64,000 nucleotides of DNA. It comes from a virus. Lineage: Duplodnaviria > Caudoviricetes. The stretch lies in the IMG/VR virus record IMGVR_UViG_3300032086_001156, positions 1,093 through 65,092 of that record. The stretch is one strand, 5' to 3'. Position numbers and translations under genes: made by a program. Each line of letters opens with the position of its first letter. Position 1 is the first letter of the stretch. The notes under the pieces were generated by a model. That model was not told the origin of the DNA, did no database searches, and worked only from the letters and a program-made list of their open reading frames with translations. Below are positions 57,458 through 64,000 of the stretch, in pieces.

Positions 57458-58140
57458 TATCTTATTCTATTAAATGACCCGTACTCAATATCATTTTGGA
57501 CTACATCCATTGGTTGGTCGGGTCTCATGTCCATAGGGTTGGACGTAAACCACATAGGTATTGTGTACCTATCTGCTTTATAAACTTTCTTTACACCATG
57601 TTCGAATTTTAATCCTTCGAAGATTACCATCTCTCCTGCTACAGGTGTGTATACAAATTCTTCTTCGATACCTTCTTGTTTTGGAAACCACAATTCACCC
57701 CCACCATAGTTATCATTTAGATAACATATTGCAGCCCATTCTGTTTGTGGAAATATTGGTGGTGCATTAGGGTCGTCTGAACTTAAATCTGAATAGGTAT
57801 CGATGTGGGTTGGTTGGTCACTCCCTAATGGGAATCTCATAATCTCTGTTTGTTCAGGATACATTACTGTAGTTGTATGTTTTGCAATCTCATTGAGTGC
57901 AAGTGTTTCTACATACCTTAGAGCATCACGAACCATGTGTGTTCTGATATTACATAAATCTATCTTACGATTATTGTAATGTTCTGCAGTGTCGTAATTA
58001 CTTAGTAGATTCGGATGAGTCTTGTGGAAGTGTATTATGTTCTTCATCTGCGTGTACGTCAACACGTTCTTCTTCTTGATGAACCTTAGCTTCCTCTGCT
58101 CTCCTTCTGATTTCTTCAACAATTTTAAGTCTGGCTTCAT
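57457..58140 (-). CDS. prolyl-4-hydroxylase-like 2OG-Fe(II) oxygenase
   Basis: HID...ICYLNDNYGGGELWF...HGVKKV...RYTIPMWF; start uncertain. Confidence 0.85.
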   Translation of the reverse strand: MKPDLKLLKKSEGEQRKLRFIKKKNVLTYTQMKNIIHFHKTHPNLLSNYDTAEHYNNRKIDLCNIRTHMVRDALRYVETLALNEIAKHTTTVMYPEQTEIMRFPLGSDQPTHIDTYSDLSSDDPNAPPIFPQTEWAAICYLNDNYGGGELWFPKQEGIEEEFVYTPVAGEMVIFEGLKFEHGVKKVYKADRYTIPMWFTSNPMDMRPDQPMDVVQNDIEYGSFNRIR

Positions 58141-58639
58141 ATTCTAATCTCTTTTTTCTTTCTTTAGGACGAGCTTTCAATGCACGTTCTAATTTCAATC
58201 TTGATGCACGTTGGAGAAATACGATTCCATTTAAGTGGTCTATCTCATGTTGTATACATCTCGATGCAAGTCCCTGTAGTTGTTCACTTTGTGTTTCACC
58301 ATTCACATCTTGATATTCTACTTCGACTATTTTTGGTCTTTTGATAGAGACAAAGATGTCGGGAAAAGATAAACATCCCTCTTTCTCTAACTCTGTTTCT
58401 TGTGACACTGCTTTCAACTCAGGATTAAAGAATACCTTTGCTCCTTCTGTTGTCATCATGACACAACACTTCACGGGTAATCCCACTTGATTTGCAGACA
58501 ATCCTATACCGTTATACTGTTCACATAACTCAATCAGTTTATCTGATATTTCTTTTGGGTCATGAGACGGATTGTCAAAATCAAATTGTGGTGGTGGGGT
58601 TCGTAAAACTTTACTAGCTTCTTCTACTAATTCATACAT
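57998..58639 (-). CDS. def: peptide deformylase
   Basis: GIGLSANQVG, EGCLS, QHEIDHL. Confidence 0.95.
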   Translation of the reverse strand: MYELVEEASKVLRTPPPQFDFDNPSHDPKEISDKLIELCEQYNGIGLSANQVGLPVKCCVMMTTEGAKVFFNPELKAVSQETELEKEGCLSFPDIFVSIKRPKIVEVEYQDVNGETQSEQLQGLASRCIQHEIDHLNGIVFLQRASRLKLERALKARPKERKKRLEYEARLKIVEEIRRRAEEAKVHQEEERVDVHADEEHNTLPQDSSESTK

Positions 58640-58645
58640 AATATA

Positions 58646-60121
58646 TTATAGGAGTGGGTATTTTCCACCTCCATTTATTTTCACTGTTTTAATATCCAAT
58701 CCGAAGAAATTCATTAATCCTCGAATTGCCATCTTCCCAAGTTTCTTGATGTAGTTGAATGCCATCTTGACTCTCTTCATGATTGCTTCCCATACTTTCA
58801 TCACCTTATTTACAATTTGGGTTGATACATTTTTGACTTTGTTTGCAAGTTTTGAAAAGATTGCAAACTCGTCTAGTTGTTGTAGTTCTTCTGTTAGGAA
58901 GATACCACTATTATTTATCTCTTCATTTATAATCTGTTTGAATGACTTAGTTTCTTCATTCAATCTTGCAAGGTCTTTCTTAGTCATCTTAGAAGTCCTC
59001 AATGCAAGATATGGTCTAGAACCACTTGTTGATTTAAATGAAACATAAAACTTGTTTCCTTTTGCAAGAACCATCCCTGCTTTTTCAGGAGTGTCAAGTG
59101 TAAGTGTATCCGACACCTTACCAGTATCTTTAAACACTACCATAGTGTTTGATGCACCTGCTGGTGCGTCCATAAACTTAATGTTACCTGTTGCAGCTTC
59201 GAAACAGAAATGTGCTTTGAATTTTAAATCAGTGAAGATTTCATCTAACTTATTATTGATATCGTTTGCTTTCAGATGACCATCTTCTAGTTCTGCAATC
59301 CTATCTAGTTCTCTCTGTGTTAGATTCTTTTTACCTTTTAAATCTTCGATACTTCCTACGGTTCCTTTCTCAGAAAGTTTAACCATCTTCTCTTCTAGAG
59401 TGTCGATGACTGATGCAATTTTAACCTTACCTGCTTTGGTCTGACCAAATGTCATCATAGATGCATTGACTGTTGCAATTGCTTCTTCTTTACCAGCAGA
59501 CATTAACTGTGAACCACCAGCTTTCTTTAATGAGATTTTATATTTGTCTTGTAGTAGGTCTGTCTTTGGTGTCTTATTTGTTGCACCATACTTAGTCCAG
59601 TGTGTAGATGTTGGAAGTGTAGAAGAACCTAACTGACTTAAGTCATTAATTTTAAATCTCTTGATGAACTCTTTACCAATTTTAACTGCAGTATCACCCC
59701 AGTCTCCCCAGTACTTTGAAATTCTATTCCACTCATCTGTCTCTACGAATGACCTTCCACTTTCTTTCTTAACTGCAACTGCAATTAGAGCTTCCCAGTC
59801 TTCACCACTTGGATTACCACTTGATGTAGAGAACCCGTTTAAGTCTTTACTGATGTCACCAATTTTATCTACACCCCAATTTGATTTGATGTGTTTTCTA
59901 ACTGCACCAATATCTTCGATGTCTTTTGCATCATCAACTGACATTATAGAATTGAGTGCATAATCGTCTTTACCTAGTGGTAACATTTTACCACCATTCT
60001 CAAGTTCTAAGTCACCAGCAAGTGCTTTCTGTTTGAAACTGTTTTTGTTTTTCCTTTTATAGACATCTGAGAAGTCTGCCTTCAAAGGGGTTTCTGTGAT
60101 GTATTGGTTAAAACTCTTCAT
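58646..60121 (-). CDS. probable packaged protein with PD-(D/E)xK-like nuclease motif
   Basis: MKSFNQYITE start after TATAAATA; GEDWE...TPKTDL...ISLKK. Confidence 0.55.
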   Translation of the reverse strand: MKSFNQYITETPLKADFSDVYKRKNKNSFKQKALAGDLELENGGKMLPLGKDDYALNSIMSVDDAKDIEDIGAVRKHIKSNWGVDKIGDISKDLNGFSTSSGNPSGEDWEALIAVAVKKESGRSFVETDEWNRISKYWGDWGDTAVKIGKEFIKRFKINDLSQLGSSTLPTSTHWTKYGATNKTPKTDLLQDKYKISLKKAGGSQLMSAGKEEAIATVNASMMTFGQTKAGKVKIASVIDTLEEKMVKLSEKGTVGSIEDLKGKKNLTQRELDRIAELEDGHLKANDINNKLDEIFTDLKFKAHFCFEAATGNIKFMDAPAGASNTMVVFKDTGKVSDTLTLDTPEKAGMVLAKGNKFYVSFKSTSGSRPYLALRTSKMTKKDLARLNEETKSFKQIINEEINNSGIFLTEELQQLDEFAIFSKLANKVKNVSTQIVNKVMKVWEAIMKRVKMAFNYIKKLGKMAIRGLMNFFGLDIKTVKINGGGKYPLL

Positions 60122-60134
60122 AGTACTATTTATA

Positions 60135-61850
60135 CTATTCTGCGATACGACTGAAGTTTTTATGTTTCTCAAATCTTAATACATTCTCAAACTTATCATA
60201 GAGTGCATCACCTTTATGTGATATGATAAATGCATTTGTTTTCTCTGTAAGTGTAGTAAGAAGTTTTAAGAATTCATCTGTACCGTTGACATCAAGTGAA
60301 CTATCGAACACTTCGTCAAGTACAAGAAGGTTAGTGTTTACACTGTTCTTCATTCTTGCAATACCTCTCCAAGTGAATAGGAGTGCAAGGTCGATTCTCA
60401 TTTTCTCCCCTTGTGAGAAGTTATCGTATTTGAATTCATCTCTATGTCTTGACTTGATAGTCTCTTCGAAACTTTCGTCTATTTCAAAACCGACATAGAA
60501 TTCCATCTGTGCAAGGTACTTGTTAATCAGTTTATTCATGATAGGAATATACTGTTTGATAATCTTTTCTTTTACACCTTGGTCTTTTAGAAGTAGACCA
60601 GCTATGTCGAAGTAGTGTCCTTGTTCGACAAGTGTTTTCTTTTTACCATTTAGGATTTCTAGTTTGTCTTCACTATCTGATATCTTTGTTTCTGTATCAG
60701 ATGATGCACTGACTTCACCTTTCAGTAATTCAATTTCTTTCTGTATCTTCGTGATGTATTTTTGATTAGATACCACTTCTGTTTGAGTGACTCCAATCTC
60801 TTTTTGGATTTGTTCTATGTCATCTTGGACTGTCCTAATCTCTTCGAGTCGTTCTCTCGTTTCTCGGATAGTCTTTTCGAGTGATACCACTGCGTCCTTG
60901 ACCTCTGAAGCTTTTGCTGATTTTTCTTCAATATGTTTCTTCTTGTGTTCTTCATCTAACCCCTGTTTACATGTTGGACAATTATCATGGTCTTCATAGA
61001 ATTTTACTTCTTGAAGTGCTTTCTTTCTTGCAGATTCTAGTTGTCTTGTAACTTCTTCTGCTTGTTTAAGTCTGTCTTTCTGAGGGTCTAGGTCACTGAT
61101 TGTTTTTCTTAAATCAGAAACCTCATCGTTCTTAGACCCAATCTTCTCCATTAAGTCTTCGATATTATCTTGAGTTTCTTTTACTGTACTCTCATATCTA
61201 GTGATTTTAGATTCTCGATTTACTCTGAGTGCTTCAAGTTGTTCGTTCAACCCGTGTATTCTTTCTTCTAGAATCTTTACCTCATAGTCTGTGTCTCTTA
61301 GTTCTACTACATGGTTTGATACTTTCTTTCTAAGGATGTCTCTCATCGTACTAAAGATTGAAATGTCAAGTAAGTCCTCAACCAGTTTACGTCTGTCCCT
61401 AGCTTTAAGTTGCATGAAAGGTGTGAAGTTTGCAGAACCTAGAATTGCAACCTGTGTAAAAGACCTGTAACTCATCTTTAAGATGTTCTTCTCTAACATC
61501 TCTTGATAGTCTCTTTGGTTTGCCTCTTGGTTGATGAGTGTCCCATTCAGATACAATTCAAATCGATTTGGTTTTGCACCCCTCACTACCTTGTACTTCT
61601 TTCTACCAACTGAGAATTCTACCTCTACAAGTAGTTCTCTCTGATTGATAGAGTTTATAAGTAAATCTTTCTTTAGATTTCTGAACCCTTTACCATAGAG
61701 TCCAAAACATAAAGCATCTAATAGGGTGGATTTACCAGCACCATTCTCACCAATAACCAATGTGGTTTGGTATGTGTCTAAATTAATTTCAGTAAACTTG
61801 TTACCTGAGGATAGTAGATTCTTATATCTTACCTGTTCAAATTTTATCAT
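60135..61850 (-). CDS. gp46: recombination endonuclease ATPase subunit (gp46, Rad50-like)
   Basis: GENGAGKS, CPTC Zn hook, FSQGE, LVLDE, ISH. Confidence 0.97.
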   Translation of the reverse strand: MIKFEQVRYKNLLSSGNKFTEINLDTYQTTLVIGENGAGKSTLLDALCFGLYGKGFRNLKKDLLINSINQRELLVEVEFSVGRKKYKVVRGAKPNRFELYLNGTLINQEANQRDYQEMLEKNILKMSYRSFTQVAILGSANFTPFMQLKARDRRKLVEDLLDISIFSTMRDILRKKVSNHVVELRDTDYEVKILEERIHGLNEQLEALRVNRESKITRYESTVKETQDNIEDLMEKIGSKNDEVSDLRKTISDLDPQKDRLKQAEEVTRQLESARKKALQEVKFYEDHDNCPTCKQGLDEEHKKKHIEEKSAKASEVKDAVVSLEKTIRETRERLEEIRTVQDDIEQIQKEIGVTQTEVVSNQKYITKIQKEIELLKGEVSASSDTETKISDSEDKLEILNGKKKTLVEQGHYFDIAGLLLKDQGVKEKIIKQYIPIMNKLINKYLAQMEFYVGFEIDESFEETIKSRHRDEFKYDNFSQGEKMRIDLALLFTWRGIARMKNSVNTNLLVLDEVFDSSLDVNGTDEFLKLLTTLTEKTNAFIISHKGDALYDKFENVLRFEKHKNFSRIAE

Positions 61851-62914
61851 AGATAGTTGTGTTCATCCAAAGCTTCATTATATAAGGTTTTCATTAAATC
61901 GTTTAGAGGTCTCTTCTTGCCTTGAATGTCCATACTATCAACATACTTGTTTAGTATTGTAAGAGTGTCCTCTACGTTCTCGATTTCATCATCATCCAGT
62001 AAATCGATATTCTTGTGGTCATCGACTACTGATAAATGTAATGGGTCTTGTTTGTGTACCTCATCTAAGAATACATCGAACCAATACGGGTTGTCTTTAT
62101 TGACAACAATAATTTTCACAAACTTTTCTTTTAGTTGTGAATAGTCTTTATCTTTGATGGTATCAAATGTTTCATTTGTGTCATCATAGAAAACTTTTTC
62201 AAACATTGTAAGTGGATTCAATACAGGTGTCAACTCTTGGGTCTCTGTATCAAACACATGGAAGTATTTGTTATCACCATAGTCTGACCAAGTGAACTGC
62301 ATTTGTGACCCTAAGTATTTGATGTTTTGCACTTCTGATTTTTGATGGAAGTGACCACTCAATACTTTCTCAAATCTTTTTAAGTGTACATGGTCAAACC
62401 CATGAGTACATGCAACGCCAGGCATCATCAATGCACCTTCAATTTCGAAGTGACCCATACACCATGTTGCAGTACAATTCTGTAAGTAATCAATTGTGTC
62501 TGCAAAATTTTCAGGGTTAATCCACGGAACTAATGAAATCTCAAACCCATCGTACTCTTTAGTAGTGGGTTCACTGATAATGTTTACGTTGTTCTCTTGA
62601 AACAATAACAACTCGGGTGCATTGACATCATTAGTGTTCTTATAATACGTGTCATGATTACCTAGAATCAAGTCCATAGTAATACCACGTTCTATCATAG
62701 GTTCAAGGAAGTGTTCTTTGTTTGCTTTTAGACTTGCAAAGTTTACATACTTACGTCTATCAAAGTAATCACCCAAGTGAATAATGTGATTGATGTTGTT
62801 TTCTTCTAGATATGGGAAGAATATTTCTTCATAGAAACGTCCTTGATAATCGGACATTGCAACCATATCTCCACGAACACCAGCATGGGTGTCATTCAAT
62901 AGAGCTATTTTCAT
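61847..62914 (-). CDS. gp47: recombination endonuclease subunit (gp47, Mre11-like)
   Basis: DTH, GDYFD, GNHD, SGHFH. Confidence 0.96.
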   Translation of the reverse strand: MKIALLNDTHAGVRGDMVAMSDYQGRFYEEIFFPYLEENNINHIIHLGDYFDRRKYVNFASLKANKEHFLEPMIERGITMDLILGNHDTYYKNTNDVNAPELLLFQENNVNIISEPTTKEYDGFEISLVPWINPENFADTIDYLQNCTATWCMGHFEIEGALMMPGVACTHGFDHVHLKRFEKVLSGHFHQKSEVQNIKYLGSQMQFTWSDYGDNKYFHVFDTETQELTPVLNPLTMFEKVFYDDTNETFDTIKDKDYSQLKEKFVKIIVVNKDNPYWFDVFLDEVHKQDPLHLSVVDDHKNIDLLDDDEIENVEDTLTILNKYVDSMDIQGKKRPLNDLMKTLYNEALDEHNYL

Positions 62915-63477
62915 TTCGTAAATTTATCTAGGTTGTTCTTTGTTTTCTTTTTGGTAGTTGTTGGTTTTTTGTCTTTTCTAGGTTTGTAATCCACTGGGTT
63001 CATGTTATCTTGCATCCATTCAATATTAGTATTGACGAATGACGGGTCATGTTGTCCATCGATTGTTGTGAATCCACTTCCATCGATACCTGCTTTTTCG
63101 ATTGACTTCTGTTTGATGTATACTTGTTTCTTCTCTTTCTGTATACGTCTTAAGAATGCATAGTAACAAATTTGTGTAATATATGCAAATGCATTATTAG
63201 ACTTTTCGGGATTGAAATTGTTGATGTACTGTAGACAGTTCTCAATTGCATCACAAATCATTTCATCTCTATAGGTATAGTTGATGAAGTTTGGTCTTGT
63301 TGATAGACGAGTTGCAATCTTGTAGATACATTCACCGATGTATTCTGACATCATTGGTTTATCTTCGTCTCTGTCTAGAGCTTCTTTGACTTGTTGATTG
63401 TACTCAATAACTGCAGCTGTGAACTCTTTGTTATTGACGTAATGTTCTGCTTGTTGTGCTTTGGTTTTAGTAGTCAT
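62911..63477 (-). CDS. gp55: late-transcription sigma factor (gp55)
   Basis: HYVNNKEF, PNFINYTYRDEMI.D.IENC, FAYITQI.YYAFLRRIQKEKKQ. Confidence 0.96.
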   Translation of the reverse strand: MTTKTKAQQAEHYVNNKEFTAAVIEYNQQVKEALDRDEDKPMMSEYIGECIYKIATRLSTRPNFINYTYRDEMICDAIENCLQYINNFNPEKSNNAFAYITQICYYAFLRRIQKEKKQVYIKQKSIEKAGIDGSGFTTIDGQHDPSFVNTNIEWMQDNMNPVDYKPRKDKKPTTTKKKTKNNLDKFTK

Positions 63478-63626
63478 GGTTCTATAATACTGTATATCTG
63501 TGCATATGTCTAGAGGTTTTTGATATTTTTTTAATTTAATTTATTTTAAATTATTTTCAAAAGTCTATTGACAGATTTCAAAACTCATGCTAAGATGATT
63601 ATGTCCCACAAGGGGAACTCTATATA

Positions 63627-63794
63627 TTATATAAAGAGATAGTTTGCAATCAAAATTAGACAAACAATTATCATCATAAATGATGTCCCCAAAAGTAAAC
63701 CGAACAGTAATATCTCATTAGGAGTGAATTCATATTCGGTCTCTTTTCCAAGACCCATCAATAATCGTAATGTTGTTTTAAAATGTTTTGTCAT
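63627..63794 (-). CDS. small membrane protein (55 aa)
   Basis: Manual translation MTKHFKTTLRLLMGLGK... with a C-terminal TM helix. Confidence 0.5.
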   Translation of the reverse strand: MTKHFKTTLRLLMGLGKETEYEFTPNEILLFGLLLGTSFMMIIVCLILIANYLFI

Positions 63795-63996
63795 TTATGT
63801 AGAAGATTCCTAACATTAATCCTAACATGAAGATTTGAATAAGTGAAGGGTATAATACAAAAAGTTTCATCACATCGAAATCTCCTTTTGAGAAGAAATC
63901 TTTTTCCCTCCACTCCTCAACTTCTTTAGGAGTAGCATCTCTACATTTATTTAGGGGTAATTCTAACTGCATTATTTGTAAGGAATCGGAGCCCAA
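63778..63996 (-). CDS. small membrane protein
   Basis: QLELPL...DATP.EV.EW plus TM helix; start uncertain. Confidence 0.55.
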   Translation of the reverse strand: MGSDSLQIMQLELPLNKCRDATPKEVEEWREKDFFSKGDFDVMKLFVLYPSLIQIFMLGLMLGIFYINDKTF

Positions 63997-64000
63997 GGCA

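Noticed and set aside
57236-57583. Short ORFs on both strands
   Set aside because: They overlap tRNA-Ser and tRNA-Ala.
137-62144. All plus-strand ORFs in the track (e.g. 44430-45020, 45334-45762)
   Set aside because: They are antisense shadows of well-supported minus-strand genes, with no motifs of their own.

Overview
This 64 kb window is a segment of a T4-like (myovirus) phage genome, probably marine and infecting a proteobacterium (inferred from gene content). Essentially all credible genes lie on the minus strand. It holds the core replication and transcription block (gp55, gp47, gp46, gp45, gp44, gp62, regA, gp43, uvsX, gp41, gp61, nrdA, nrdB) and three tRNAs (Arg-TCT, Ser-TGA, Ala-TGC). 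Accessory genes include a 7-deazaguanine DNA-modification cluster (queD-queE-queC-folE-dpdA-like), Fe-S and redox genes (iscA, iscU, peroxiredoxin, hsp20, def, five 2OG-Fe(II) oxygenases), lysis genes and a long block of probable internal head proteins. The most notable items are: a curli (csgF/csgG/curlin) cluster joined to a FecR protein and a CHASE2 adenylate cyclase; a secreted-protein ORF overprinted on that cyclase; a repeated pattern of apparently leaderless promoters; a ~290-nt structured ncRNA candidate; a symmetric-repeat RNA element in the hsp20 leader; and enzymes with T4 capsid-targeting-like N-termini. All calls come from reading motifs by eye; no database search or folding program was run.
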